The notes under the pieces: model-generated
Told to the model about the DNA's origin: nothing
What the model saw: only the letters and a program-made list of their open reading frames with translations
The model's database searches: none
Position numbers and translations under genes: made by a program
Source of the DNA: the human T2T-CHM13v2.0 reference genome, Homo sapiens
Direction: 5' to 3' (one strand)
Assembly (NCBI RefSeq): GCF_009914755.1
Contig: NC_060939.1
Length of the DNA stretch: 64,000 nucleotides
In this document: one piece after another, positions 27,622 through 42,078 of the stretch
How positions within the stretch are numbered: position 1 is the stretch's first letter
How the letters are laid out: each line of letters opens with the position of its first letter

Positions 27622-27942
27622 ATCAGAAGATGTGATGCCAGGTTCTCAACAGTCAACTTAGAAACACACTCTTGGAATAGAAACACGTTGGGTACCATTT
27701 GTACGTGTATTATATATGTATTTCCTTTTCATCTTTTACCTATTCTCTTTTAAACAGAGTGGTGGATTAAAAGGTAATGAATTACGCACAAAGTAGCTTC
27801 TCACTTCTCACTGCCTTTCATTTTTCTTCTCCTCCTACTTGGCCTTTCTCCCCCACCAGGACCTTTACTCTGGTCTTCTGTGTTTGCTAATTCATTAGTC
27901 AACAAATGTTTACTAAGCACAAAGACTCGTTCTTTGTTCTCA

Positions 27943-28498
<556 letters not shown>

Positions 28499-29039
28499 TT
28501 AGATGATTGAGTGGATGACATTGTCACCAACTGAAAGCAGAAGCAGCAGAGAACATCTTGCTAGTGAGAGGTGATGAGCTGGACCATACAAGGTGACCTT
28601 TAAAATGCTGGTGGGACAACCAGGTAGAACCATCCCATAAATGATAACAGTGAACCCACTACATGCCAGACTGTCTTAGGTGTTGTATCTTATTTAATCT
28701 CCACGATGGCCTTATGAGGGAAGGCACCATCATGATCCTTACTTTTCAGGTGACTATTTTAAGGGTAAGAAATATTAGGTAACTCACCAGTCCAGTGGTC
28801 ACTGGTTCAAGTGAGTAGAGCTAGTCTGACTCCAGAGCCCATCTTCTTGCCCATTTCATGTATTTATTCAATTAACATTTATTGAAGACCTACTATGAAG
28901 CTGGCACCGTTTAGATGCTTTGAATATATCAGTCAAGAAGACCTGCCTTCACGCAGCTCCTGTTCTACTGCGCACACTGCCTCTGCTCAGAGACAGCTGA
29001 GGATATGGATGACAGTTCTGGCTGGAGGGGCAGGGGGGC

Positions 29040-29284
29040 TGCTACACCCACTCCCACTCTGAAATCTCACTTCCAGGGTGAGGGACAGGTGCTTCCTTCA
29101 CCCACCCACATCAGTCTATATCCCCATGCTAACCATTTTGCTTTGTGCCAGGCCAGGTGGCAGAAGGAAGGGCAGATGCTTGAGAAGGACAGTCATAGAA
29201 TAGTTCCTTCTAACCCTTTTGTGGCGTCAGTCTCAGACGGTTTCTATATGGAGCTGGACATATCCCTCCATCTCTATCAGCTCA
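29040..29284 (+). repeat. Local direct duplication B, copy 1 (~245 bp)
   Basis: Colinear with 31541-31786, roughly 80% identical by eye (shared accattttgctttg.gccaggccaggtggcaga). Confidence 0.9.
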
Positions 29285-30561
29285 TGGTGGAGACCATGTG
29301 TTGAGGAGATCATGAAGGGGCTCTTCCTCTGGGTGCTCTGTCACCCAGCCCCCAGCAGCCCACCCAGGTGTCAAAAGACAGGTCTGCCCCTCACTCCAGA
29401 GAATAGCTAGGATCCTGGTGGCATGGCACTTTGGAAAGTATGAGACCCCTCCTTGTTTTACAGAAGAAGAAACTGAGGCAGGGAGCAGCCAGTCATTGCC
29501 CGAGGCTTCCTGGCAAATTAGTGACAGAGCCAGTTGAGAATGCAGCCCACGTTTGTGTTGCTTCAACTCAGCCCCAGATCCTTCACTCTCCATGGGGGCT
29601 GCTTTGGGGAAGCCAGCTTTGCACCCCCACTTCCCTGGAAGGCAGAGCACTAAGGCTGCCACCCAGCCATCGCTCAGGCGGGTCCACACAGCCCCGGGCC
29701 AACCTCCCTGGCACTCACACCCAGTGTCCGGAGCAGCTGGTCAGTGGGCGTGGAGCTCCTGCTTGTGTGCCCCCACCCCTGTCGCGCCCTCCCCCTGCCT
29801 GGGATGAGCTGCAGCTGCCTCGGGGCCTCTCTGCCTGCGCCCCCCAGCCAGCCTGTGCCCTGCTTTAATGTGTCCTGGGGAAAATAGCTGGCAATGCTCA
29901 GGCGACAAGCAAAGGCCATTTTTTAAAAAAAGACTAATGCCAGGATGAGGGGGCAGGAGGGGGTGGAAACAGCTGCAGGCTCCTCTTCCAAATTTAGCCA
30001 GGTGACTGCTTTGCCCTGCTCCTCTTTCTCTGGGGTTTTTGGGTGGCCATTGCCTCCATGGTAGGACTGTGTTCCTGAAAACCACCCCCCAGATGACTCA
30101 CAGAGCTGTGGCAGCTCAGAGAGGAATGTCTATTCATTTCAGCTGGGGCTCTTGTCAGCCAGTTGGACCTGACCAGCAGCTCCACTGTTGCAGAATTGGG
30201 CTGCTTCCTACTTCCTGTGTCCCCATCCGATTTCAGGGCCTACCATCCCCAAAGTGACAGAAGATAGCATGGAATGAGGCAGCCATGCCCAGATATCAGA
30301 GGTGCTGAAAACATCCTGAGGCTGTGTAGAAACACAGCGAAGATTGGGGCATGGAGCAGGAGCAGGAGAGAAGCCAGGTGGCCCAGCCTTGGGTTGGGAG
30401 AACAGGGCATGGCCCCAGCCCCAGGGTGCCCATGGGCAGGACTCAGAGCCCCAGAACCGAGCACTCACCATGTCCACTTCTCATTTATTCTTTAAGTGTT
30501 AGAAGGACCTTCAAATCAGCTCATCCAGATGTTCCTAAGTATGAATGATTTGTAAAACGAT

Positions 30562-30609
30562 TTTATGGATATATATGGATAATATATATCCATAAATATT
30601 ATCCATATA
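30562..30609. repeat. Overlapping AT-rich double palindrome
   Basis: 15-bp inverted repeat 30562-30576 / 30582-30596 and 14-bp inverted repeat 30572-30585 / 30596-30609. Confidence 0.9.
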
Positions 30610-30704
30610 CATATATAGATAAAGCTAAATTGTTCTGCATAACCAGTAATTTGACAATTATTTATTGGGGGATGAATCTAATGTCTGAGGAGGAATACAT
30701 TTCA

Positions 30705-30985
<281 letters not shown>

Positions 30986-31540
30986 GTACCCAGAAATATA
31001 TTGAGCAAATATGGTGCTACATACAGTGTGGATGATACAGGTAGTATATGAACATGGCACTAAAAAACCTGTCAGTGGAGCCTATTTGAGAAAATATGGG
31101 AAATGCTGATCATCACCTTCCTCTTTGTTCTGGTTTTCTGGTCTTCTTCTCTGGTCTCCTTCTCCTTGGTCTTCATCCAGGGAAAACAGACAGTTCTATG
31201 AACTGATTTTGGTGTGGTGGGATCTGGGACAGCAGGCATTCCAGCCTTTAACCTTCCCACAGTGACTTTGGCTGTGACCTGGGATGGAGTGGGCAGGCCA
31301 TAACTGAGGTGGAAAATCCTGTCAGTGAGCTAGATCGAGTCATTAGGCGGAGCTGGATGGGATCAGAGAAAATGGCTTAGACCCTGGAGTGTCACGAAAA
31401 GACACACAAGGCAACTAGTGAAGTCAGCAGACATTCCAGCACCTGCCCTCCTCCCTCCATCCTCTAGATCTAGGAGACTCCTCCTGACACACCCACCTCA
31501 GACACTTCAGCCTGTCCCTGTTCTGGGCACGCATGCCCTC

Positions 31541-31786
31541 TGCTACATACACTCCCACCCTCAACATCACTTCCAGGCTGAGGGAACAGGTGCTTCCTTT
31601 ACCCACCCACCTCAGTGTAAATCTCCATACAGACCATTTTGCTTTGGGCCAGGCCAGGTGGCAGAGGGAAGGGGAGACACTTGGGAAGCACAGTCATGGA
31701 ATACTTTCTATCTAACCCTTTGGCAGTGTCAGGCCCAGATGGTTTCTATTATGGAGGTGGACGTTTCCCCCATCCCCATAAACTCA
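31541..31786 (+). repeat. Local direct duplication B, copy 2
   Basis: Colinear with 29040-29284. Confidence 0.9.
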
Positions 31787-32421
31787 CCCACATAGGCCCG
31801 TGTGGGACATGCATTGACTCATTCACTTATAGTCACTCAACCAACCAGAGCGCTCTTCCCCCGTCTCTCTCTGGGTCAGTAATGCTTGTCTTGCAGGTCT
31901 CCAGATAGCCCGAGACAGGCTTTTCCTCCCCCAGGAAAACCTTTCCTGTGCTTCACCTGCTGGGTGGATCACCTGTCAGTAGTGCTTAGCCTGCACTAAT
32001 CATCGTTGTAGGTCAGAGGCCTCTGGAGCAGCTATTCATGTGCTTGGCCGTCTGGGTCAAGGGAACTGATGTTCAAACAGGATGTGTGCAAGCTCATCTT
32101 CTCACCGGGGTGGTACTGATACTGCCCAGGAAACTAGTGAGGAGTGAACTTGATGAGTAACAGCAGCTTAGAGACAGTGTCATCTCTTTTCTCAGACCCA
32201 TGTGGAAGGGAGAAAGGCCTGCCTGCCGGTGGTCCCGATGCCACTAGGTGGGGCAGGATTTGAGTGATCAGCTCAAGATCTGAAAGATCAAAGGTGGCTG
32301 AAATGAAAAGGACGCTTTCTAAGCATAAATGTGAAGTCCTAATTCCTGGCTCAGCAACTCAGCTGTTGATACTAGAGCCTAATAATCACTTGTTGTGGTG
32401 ACAAGACTTGGGGGCTTTACT

Positions 32422-32580
32422 CAGTGGTTTCCATTTCCTGGCTGTGCACTGGAAGCCCTGAGCACGTTTTTAAAAGATCAAGTCCAGGGTTCCATCCCAG
32501 AATGTTCAGAATGAAGATCTCCAGGAAAGGACTTAGGAAATTGTGTATTTTAGAAGTTCTCCAGGTGGTTCTTATGTAGC
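32422..32580. mobile_element. MER5B-like
   Basis: cagtggtttcc...tggctgtgcactggaa...gtattttagaagttctccaggtggttcttatgtagc. Confidence 0.6.
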
Positions 32581-32609
32581 TTTTGATTATTTTGGAGGTG
32601 GGGTGGGCA

Positions 32610-32896
32610 GGACAGGGTCTCGCTGTGCCACGCAGGCTGGAGTGCAGTGGCACAATCTTGGCTTCTCTATAGGAAAGCCTTGACCTCCCCAGCTCAAGCC
32701 ATCCTCCCACCTTAGCCTCCCAAGCAGTTAGGATTACAGGCATGCACCATCATGCCTGGCTAATTTTTGCATTTTTAGTAGAGATGGGGTTTCGCCATGT
32801 TGGCCAGGCTGGTTTTGAACTCCTGACCTTAAGTGATCAGCTCACCTTGGCCTCCCAAAGTGTTGAAACTGCAGGCATGAGCTGCTGCACCCAGCC
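32610..32896 (-). mobile_element. Alu inserted at the end of a MER5
   Basis: Antisense dimer; TSD cttatgtagcttttg. Confidence 0.92.
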
Positions 32897-34447
32897 CTTA
32901 TGTAGCTTTTGGAAACAAGTGAGGAGTGAACTTAGGGCTTTATGGGAAGCATCAATACATTACATCAATAAACCAAATGTGAGCCAACAGAAAGCTTCCG
33001 GGTTGGGGTGCAGTCTGGGCTCACCACAGCTCTAGCAGCGACTCAGGACCATGTTGTGAAGAAAGTAAAGATCCAGTCCCTTCACTGCTATACCACCTGG
33101 GAGTAGGACCCCCAGAATCCAATATTTCAGGTATTTCATCTGCTCTAGCAAGATGCCTTTGACAAACAGCTGCAATTTGTGCCTGTGTGATGGTCCTAGT
33201 CACCAAGGGTGGTGGCCAGCAAGGCTACTGAGAAAATAGATCCTCACTCCATGGGCTCAGAAGGCTGATGCTGGGACCATCTTCTTTCATTCTGGCAAAA
33301 CCGTGGGTTTCTTCAGAATGTCAAAGTGCAGAAGGGCGCTGTGGGTGGCAGGATGCTTGCTGGCCAGGTAGCAGATGGAAATCAGTGTCCCTGCCCACCC
33401 AGGAGGAGCCAGGAGCAGAAGGTGAAACAGTGAGCCGTGGAGATGCTCGACTCTTCCTGAGATTCCTTCCATGATTTCCAGAGACGGTGAAGTCACGATG
33501 CACAGCTCTCCAGCATGTGCATCTCCTCCTCAAATGCCTTCTGCAGGGACAAAGAGGACTTTATCCTCAAGAGTGGGACACAGTTCTGTAGCAAAATGTG
33601 GCAGGTTGAATGGAAATAATGATCTTCAGAACTTTAAGAAGGAGATGACCCAGATGAAATAGAAATTGGGTAATTTATCAGAAAGCCTGGAAAAACATCT
33701 GAGAGAGACCCCTGCAGGAGACTGAGGTCTGGAAGGGCTGAGGTAGCGTATTCTTATTCTGGCCTCCACAAGCCGCATGGACTCCTCCTATCTGGCCTCG
33801 TCACCTGGCCTCCACCAGCCTTTTTCCTATAGGGAAGCCACTCACGCTCCACAGTTCTGGGAAACGGACTGATGAGAGATTTAGTTCTGGACAGCCGCCC
33901 CTCAACTGTTCCTGTTCCATGCTCTGACACCTCGGGTTGGCCTCAGACAATCTACTCAACACCTTGTAATACATTTATAGACCTGTGGCTCAGGAAAAGC
34001 TGTGGGGAAGGACAGAGCTTCAGCAGGCCAAGTCCCAAGCCTGTGGGGCCTTTTCTTCTTGAACTCATGCAGTGGCTGGCATTTCTAGGGAGAGGGCTGA
34101 AGTTCAGTTCACATCGTCCCATTTATGGAGGATCTCTCTTGGGGTTATTCTTCCAAGGAGCATCAGCAAGAAAGGAAGGAAGCCATCTCTTGATGTCCTG
34201 GGGCACTGCCTGCCCATAGATGAGAAGGGGTTCCCAGGCGGAAAGAAGGGGTGCAGGAAGCTGCACCCAAGAAACCAGTTTCCCCAGCTTCTGAAAGTAG
34301 GGCCAGCCCTGCAATGTGGGGTGCAGCTGCCCAAGAGGGGCTAAATGGACCTTGCAGGGTCACTCCAGATGAATCTTTTCTGCACTCCCAGAACTCAGGC
34401 CTCAACCTCCTCATGGTCAGTGTGTTCTCTGATGAGCGTGTGCGCGT

Positions 34448-34448
<1 letters not shown>

Positions 34449-34484
<36 letters not shown>
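34449..34484. repeat. (CA)18 microsatellite
   Basis: Read directly; preceded by gcgtgtgcgcgtg. Confidence 0.95.
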
Positions 34485-34488
<4 letters not shown>

Positions 34489-34506
34489 GGCTTCAGGGAT
34501 CTCTTT

Positions 34507-34511
<5 letters not shown>

Positions 34512-34547
<36 letters not shown>

Positions 34548-34821
34548 AGAGAGATAGAGCCTTGCTCTGTTGCCCAGGCTGGAGTGCAGTGGTGCTATCT
34601 TGGCTCACTGCAACCTCTGCTTCCCAGGTTAAAGTGATCCTCCCACCTCAGCCACCCAAGTAGCTGGGATTACAGGCGTGCATCACCACAGCTGGCTATT
34701 TTTTTTGTAGAGATGGGGTTTCACTATGTTGGCCAGGCTGGTCTCCAACTCCTGACCTCAAGTGCTGCCTTGGCCTCCCAAAGTGCTGGGATTATAGGTG
34801 AATGAGCCACTGTGCCTGGCC
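34512..34821 (-). mobile_element. Alu with long pure poly-T
   Basis: About 35 T followed by antisense Alu. Confidence 0.93.
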
Positions 34822-35825
34822 AATCTCTTTAAAATATGTCTAGAGTCCATGTCTCTCTCTTGATCTCCGGACTCACCTATGCAACTGCCCACTGAGCCTC
34901 TACACGGGCCACCTGAAAGCATTTCCAATTCAGCAGGAACTTCCAGCCAGCTGGGAAATCTGCTCACCATTGCCTTGGCGAGGAGCCTACTCTCTACTCC
35001 AGCCACAAACCTCTGAGTCACCCTGGCCTCTTCCCTCTTGCTCACCCACTTCACGCCGTGGGATCGGTTACCAACTCTGCCAGTGACCTGAGGGTTCTCG
35101 GGCCAGTTCACTCCTTAGGCCCAGTTCCAGTTACTCGTGTGCTGGACAAATGAGGTGGATGAGGCTACTCTTAATCTAAATGTCCTGTGTGGTTGAGCAG
35201 AATGACCACCAGAGAGAGAGAGAGAGAGAGTAAGCAAGTAGGTTAACTAGGAAGTCAGCTGTCAAATTGATGTTATCAGGGAGGTTCTCAAAAATGAGGC
35301 CAGATTGAAATATACTAAAGGAAGTGAAATACCCGAATGGGTGGGAAGGGATTCCAGGCAGGGATGCTGAGCAAGTGAAGGCAGAGAGACAGAGATGCTC
35401 AAGGATGACCCAAGAGACAATGCATGGCCCACTGCGCCTGATACATGCTAGAGATGAGTTGGCCCAAGGTGTGATGAGTTAGGTAAGGGCCACCCTCTGC
35501 TAAGCCATCAAGAGTTTGTAAGCAGTGGTGGTGGGGAGAGGGCGGCACCGCAAGCTTTAGAACAAGACTGGAGCATAGTGAATATGTGTTTGGGAAGGTT
35601 CCATTGGCAAAGCGGTGTTCAGGGAGAGGAGGCTGTTATGGCTGTCCAGGCAAGGGATGGGCAGAGCAGGTAAATGTCAGGGTCAGGGGTGGGAGAGGTG
35701 GGAGATGCACATAGGAGGGGTCGGAGAGGTGTCTTTGGCAGGAGCTGGCCGGGGAGTGATTCCTAGTCAGGGGTTTTGGGCATGTGTAGAAGGACAGAGT
35801 GGTGGCAGCTTCTTTATTGTCATCT

Positions 35826-36116
<291 letters not shown>

Positions 36117-36889
36117 ATCATCTTCTTGTTATTTTCCCAAGGAGACATGTCCTGTAGGGTGGGTGAGGAGAAGCCATGTTGTCAGGGACTTGGCTGCTCC
36201 CTAAAGTTGAAGGTGTGGAGGGAAGGGGGTTCCTTTTCACTGCAGTGATCCCCATGGACTCAGCTACAGCCTGGCTCAGTTTTCTCCCAGGTCTGTCAGC
36301 TCACCCCCTTACTCATCAGGGCTCTGGGATTGTCAGTGACAGAAACCCAGCTCCAAGCCAACAGAGAAGGTGAAGGTGCAGAGAATCCAAGGTAGGATTG
36401 AGAAACGAAATTCTGGAAACATCTTTGGGGGAGGCAGGCTCAGGGATGGCTGAAAGCAGGGCTGCAGGGCTCCAGTGCCAACAGGGAACAGGGCAGCTGA
36501 TGGGGCTGCTGACTGGTACTGAGTAACTTTCACCACAGCAATGAGACTGACTTCAGACTCTCTCTATCTCCAAGCCCAGGATCCTGGGAAGCAACTCATT
36601 GGTCTGGCTTGAGTCAGGCATTCGCCTGTGGACCTGTTGGCAGGGGCCAGTGCCAGGGTGGTGCTAGCCCTCATGGGAGTCCCTGGAGTGACTATGTGGG
36701 AGGGGGAGGGGCAGGGCATAGAGGAGGGGAGGCAGGCAGACAATCCTGGGGTCACCGCAACTCCACAGCAGGGCCAGGGAGCAAACAAAGGGTGAACAGG
36801 AGACAGGGACGTGGCCAGTGATTGGCTAACAAATCTAATCCCTCTCTAGGTGAGGTTCTTTTTAGAGTTAACGTGAGTCATTTGTTCAT

Positions 36890-37560
36890 TGATCCGTTGA
36901 GCATTGATTCTGTGATTCATCCCACAAGCCTTTACTGAATCCCTATTCTAGGCCAGGCCCTCGATCACAGATAGAAAAGGGAAGAAAATAAGGTTCCCTG
37001 CCCTGCAGTAGTTCATGTTCTAGCATGGGAAATTCACGTAATAAAATTCTATAATAATAAGAGACCTATGCTGAATAGAGGTGGGAAATAAGGAAGAAAG
37101 AGTGATTCATTCTTCTTGGAAATTTATTAAAGGCTTGATGGGTAGTAGATTTCCTCCAGGCATTGGTGCTGGAGAAGAGCCTTCCAGCAGAAACAGCAAT
37201 GTGATAAAAGGCACAGACCATGAGCTCACGTTGGACACTGGGTGGGCAGGGGGTCATCTGGTGGTACTAGCGTGGCCAGAGTGTAAGTTAGAAGGTGGCG
37301 TGGGGCATGAAGCGAGAGAACAGGTGAGGTTGAGTAGATATCTAGGGGCCACTTCTTGAGGGACCTCATACAGCAACACGGGTTTTGGAAGGGTGTAAAA
37401 TACAAGATTTGCCTTTGAGAAAGACTATCCTGGCAGCAGTGTAGGCGATGGACTGGAAGGAGGAGGAGACTGGAGATGGGCTGACCATCAGGAGGCCACC
37501 GTGAATGTCAGGATAGAGAGGTCCTCCTGCACTGAAGAGATGATGAGGAAGTAGAAGACT
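36890..37560 (-). mobile_element. L2 fragment
   Basis: tttactgaatccctattctaggccaggccct...ccctgccctgcagtagttcatgttctag...tttgagaaagactatcctggcagcagtgtagg. Confidence 0.65.
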
Positions 37561-37994
37561 GTGGGTAGAACTTCAAGGGGGACAGGTTGAGTTCACGAGC
37601 AAGAGTGAGAGGAGGCAAACTTTGCAGGGCAGGAAGGAGTGCTTGATTGAGAGTTCACTGCTGTCTTCTGATGGAACTGTTTGTTCCTTGGAACAGCAGA
37701 GTAGTGAGAAAATGCAGTGGCTTGAAATTCTGATAACTGGGACCCTGGAACAGAAGTACCACTTGCTGATTATGTGAATTTGGACAAATCACTTAACCTC
37801 TGAGATGTGGTGGGAGTTAAACCATGTAGTAAGCAGATAGCCTGATACCTGGCACACAGAAGGCCCTTGAAGTGTAACATTTACATCAGAATCAGAACCT
37901 TTTTGGATTCCATGGCTACTTCCAATGTGTGTGTGTGTTTTTTTTTTAAGTGGAGAGGTACGATTACTAACCAGTAGGAGCAACAATATTATTC

Positions 37995-38038
37995 TAGGTT
38001 GGTGCAAAAGTAATTGCATTTTTGCTGTTACTTTTAAT
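37995..38038 (+). mobile_element. Half MADE1 (Hsmar1-derived MITE)
   Basis: taggttggtgcaaaagtaattgc.tttttgc..ttacttttaat is the left TIR plus spacer; right TIR absent. Confidence 0.8.
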
Positions 38039-40459
38039 AGTTGCGTATCGAAGACAGCATTTGCTTTTATGGCATCGGAAACATTCTGACTCAGCTTACT
38101 GACATTTCCTCTGCCATCATCTTCTTTCATACTGAAATGTGGTTTAAAATATATATATATATCATTTCTTCCCATTCAAAGAAGGGTTTATGCCTCTGCT
38201 TTCATGTCCCAACATACTTTGAGAGATAGTCTCACCCCCTCCCTTTTCCTCTTTTATGCCAGGACCCTGGAGAACAGCCAGGTAAGGTGGTGCTTATCTC
38301 ATTTTCAGTCCTGAAGGAGGAGGAAGATCAAGTGTGTGCAGCGTTAAGTGTCTGGAAGGCGTTTATTTGATTTTCAGCTTGTCTTTGTTCCAACATGGAT
38401 TGAATGGTAAATACAGGAAAGTAGCTCCCAATAGGCGCCTGAATAGCTGAGGGGCAAAATGTCCCGGTGGCCCACACCCACATGTACCATCATCATGAGT
38501 CCTTCAAGCCTGCACAGCTCACTCCTGTCCAGCCCTGGGATACCAGGTGAGTCAGGAGAATGACTTCCTCTGTTCTTACAAAGTCCTGGCCACCAGAGAT
38601 GGTACTGTTAGCACAGGAGAGACATTGAGAATAGGGTAGAAATCTATGCAGAAAAGTGTTTGTTGTGGCTGAGAGTTCCAATGCCCATTTAAGACCCTGG
38701 GAGAAAAAAGTCAGATCACTCATGTATGGGCTGAAGAACTAAGACTTTTGGTTGCAAGTAAGAGAAACCAAGTTGAGCTACATTTAGTCAAATGGAAAGG
38801 GGGGAAAAGCATGGGGTTTGGATTTATGATAAGGACATAGGGAGTGTCTCCTAGCTTCAAAGGCAGGAATAAAGCCAGGCCGCAAGAAGGGACTGGAACC
38901 AGGAGAAAAATAATCAGCCCAGCTTTGGTCCTTTGTGCCTCTGGTCCAGTCTGTTTCGTCTGGGAGTCAGAAATCTTGCTGAACAAGCGTGACTCTAGGA
39001 GGTCCATTTTGTGAAAGGGCAGATCACAGAGAGGGCTCTGGAACAAAGTGGAGACCCTGGCTCAAGGCAGAGATTTGGGAAGCCCTACAATATGGTGGTC
39101 TTTGAAGCCCTAAGAAGGGAATTGACCCAATTCAAATGGCATGGATCTCATAGTAAGAGGTAGGACTACTTGAGAGAGAAGATCAAAACAGAGAGATTAG
39201 ATTCCAAGGGCTCTAGAACAAAGCTCTAAGGGCGAGCATTGTTTTCTCATCTCTCTGCTCCCACAACCCCACTTCCCAGACTTAAGGACAATGGTGTATA
39301 CATAAGAAGGGCTGAATAAACATATAGGTTGAATGGCATAGAACAGACACTTTTATAGATCAAGACATGGACGATTTTGTATTGTTCAACCTAATATGTG
39401 ATGCACGAGCATTGAGTTGAATTGAGACCTTGCTTTGAACCTTTGTTATGGGACCTTGGGGCAAGTCATGGTCTTGATGGTTTTTAAGGTTATTCCTTGG
39501 ACCCAGGTGCTGGAAGCACAACTTCCAAATGTAATACCCAGAAGCAAACTGACAGAGGCAGGAACAAGCTGGAGTCAGAGAGATCTGTGTTCAGATTCCA
39601 ACCAGGCACTGTCCCCTGGGCCTCTGCAGGCCCTCAGTGAGCCAGCGAGGCCTGCCCTGAGATGACAGTGCTACCTCCTCTCTCTGCCAGGACCACTTTC
39701 TCTCATTTTATGGAGAAAATCAAGGAATAACTTTTTCCAACTGAAGCCTCTGGAAGATCTTAGGCAACACGGCCGACTAGAGCTGAACCTAGGCCAGCAT
39801 CCTGGGCCACAGCTCAGCTCTGCAAATGTAGCCAGAGCCTGAGGCGGGGGCTCTTCTCCCTGCCTGGCAACTTCTCCTGGCTATAAACCAAGCGTGGGCT
39901 GCAGCTCCTGGGAGACCAGGCTGAAGGCCCAGGAGATGCTTCAGGCAATTTGCAGTTGCTCCCTTGAATTCCATTTTTAACAGCATCTGTAGGGCAGGGA
40001 ACGCAAGGCTGACCTGTGAGCCTGGTGTCCTGACTTCTCAGGGCAAGACTCTTTCAAAAGTATTTCTTGAGCATCCACATTTGTTTTCAGCAAATCAGTC
40101 TCTGCTCTGCCCTTTTGAAGAACACAGCTAACAATGGAAAACAACTTTTATGTAAGAGAGTTAACTGCAAACCGGGTGCTTTCCTAAGCATTTTGTATAT
40201 GTTATCTCTTTGAATCCTCTCGAAACCTCAATTAGGCAGAAGATACTTAATAGCCTTATAAGCTAGACAGGAATCTTAGCCTAAAAATGCAAAGGGAAGT
40301 CCTGGGGAGGGAAAGGAGAAAACCAGGAAGAGGAAAAATAAATCCACGAGATAATGTTGTAAAATATAATGAAGCCATACCTATTTTAAAAAAACCCACA
40401 GAAATTTCCCAGACCTGGAGAGCCACTAAGTGGCACATGCAGGGGTCAAACTATGTCTA

Positions 40460-40752
40460 TGGTGGCTCATGCCTGAATCCCAGCCCTTTGGGAGGCCGAG
40501 GCAGGAGGATCACTTCAGTCCAGGAGTTCAAGACCAGCCTGGGCAACAGGACATAGTGAGAATAAACAAATTAAAAAATTAGCTCGGCATGGTGGTGTGT
40601 GCCTGTAGTCCTAGCCACTCAGGTGGCTGAGATGGAAGGATCGCCTGAGTACAGGGGTTTGAGGCTGCAGTGAGATGTGATCATGCCACTGCACTGAAGC
40701 TCTTTGAGACAGAGTGAGACACCATCTCAAAAAATAAATAAATAAAAATAAA
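40460..40752 (+). mobile_element. Alu (AluJ)
   Basis: Diverged dimer with (AAAT)n tail. Confidence 0.9.
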
Positions 40753-41036
40753 AGTCAAAGCTCCTCCTCACCAACATATAGTAACATTTATGGAACACAT
40801 GCTTACCTCACTCTTCCTCAAAACTGCTGTTTGAGGAAGGTCCTGTTGTCACCAGCATCTTTCAGATGAAGAAGCTGCAGAACAGGGAGGTACCAGAACT
40901 TGCACACAGCAGATGAGTGGTGGAACTGGGAACTGAGCCGAGGACACCTGCCTCCAAAGCATCTTGTTGGGTTGGAGAAGGACAGTGGCAAACACAGCTC
41001 GTTCTCACTGCATTTTGGTAGCAAAGTTGTGCCTTC

Positions 41037-41363
41037 TTTTTTTTTTTCTTTTTCTTTTTTTTCTTTTTTGAGATGGAATCTCACTGTTCCCAGGCTGGAG
41101 TGCAGTGGCACGATCTCGGCTTACTGCAACTTCTGCCTCCTGGGTTCAAGCTCCTGCCTCCTGGGTTCAGCTCCTGTCTCGGCCTCCCAAGTAGCTGGGA
41201 CCATAGGCATATGCCACCACACTTGGCTAATTTTTGCGTTTTTAGTAGAGACGGGGTTTTGCCATGTTGGCCAGGCTAGTCTCGAACTCCTGTCCTCAAG
41301 AGATCTGCCTGCCTCAGCCTCTGAAAGTGCTGGGATTACAGGTGTGAGCCACCGCACCCAGCC
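41037..41363 (-). mobile_element. Alu (AluS) with internal ~21-bp duplication
   Basis: TSD gtgccttcttttt; ctgcctcctgggttca(a)gctc repeated at 41133-41173. Confidence 0.93.
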
Positions 41364-41477
41364 CGTGCCTTCTTTTTGCTCCCAAATCCCATTTTATTGG
41401 AGTTCCCTGAAGCAGTCATAGTAAGGCAGTTGTGTAGTAGAGCATATTAATGCAATTGGATATTTCTTTGCCATTCT

Positions 41478-42078
41478 AGGAAATTATCTACTGATACACA
41501 CAGCAACGTAGGTGAATCCCAAAAACATGCTGAGTGAAAGAAACCTTGTACAAAGGTCTACATACTGGATCATTCCATTTACATGAAGTCCTAGCAGAGG
41601 CAAAGTGAATCTATGGAATGTTTCTGGTATTTCTCACTTAGAAGAGTGGTTGCCTCTTGTTGGAATTGACTGGGAAGGGGATGAGGGAACTTTCTGGGGT
41701 GATGATAATGTTCTGGACATTCCTGGGGATCTGGGTTTCAGAGACATATGCATTTGTCAAAACTCAACAAGTGTGCATTTTAGGTTTGTGTGTTTTATTT
41801 ACATGTAAAATTTCCCTCAAAAGATGAAAAAAAGAATATGGAACTCTAGTTAATAATATGCAGGCTGAAGTGTTTAAGGGGAAATGTGGACGGTGGTGTC
41901 TTCACTTTACTGTGAAATGCATCCAAAGACTGAGATTGATTTCTGGATGGATAGATGGATGTGCAATAACACAGCAAAATGTTACTGGTAGCATCTAGGT
42001 TGCACTGTATTAGTGTTCACTGTGAGATTCTTTCAACTTGGCTGTGTGTTTGAAAATTTTCATAGCAAAATGTTGGGT
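41478..42078 (+). mobile_element. L1ME 3' end
   Basis: atgctgagtgaaagaa...tgactgggaagggg.atgagggaactttctggggtgatgataatgttct...tttgaaaattttcatagcaaaatgttggg. Confidence 0.82.

Noticed and set aside
31800-33700. Possible CR1/L3 remnant (also ~62900-63900)
   Set aside because: Faint resemblance only; cannot be supported or bounded without an HMM search.
37995-38038. Possible miR-548 family hairpin
   Set aside because: Only one MADE1 arm is present, so the palindrome needed for a miR-548 precursor cannot form.
40900-41421. 173-aa ORF and other ORFs containing [20 protein letters not shown]
   Set aside because: Typical translations of antisense Alu sequence.
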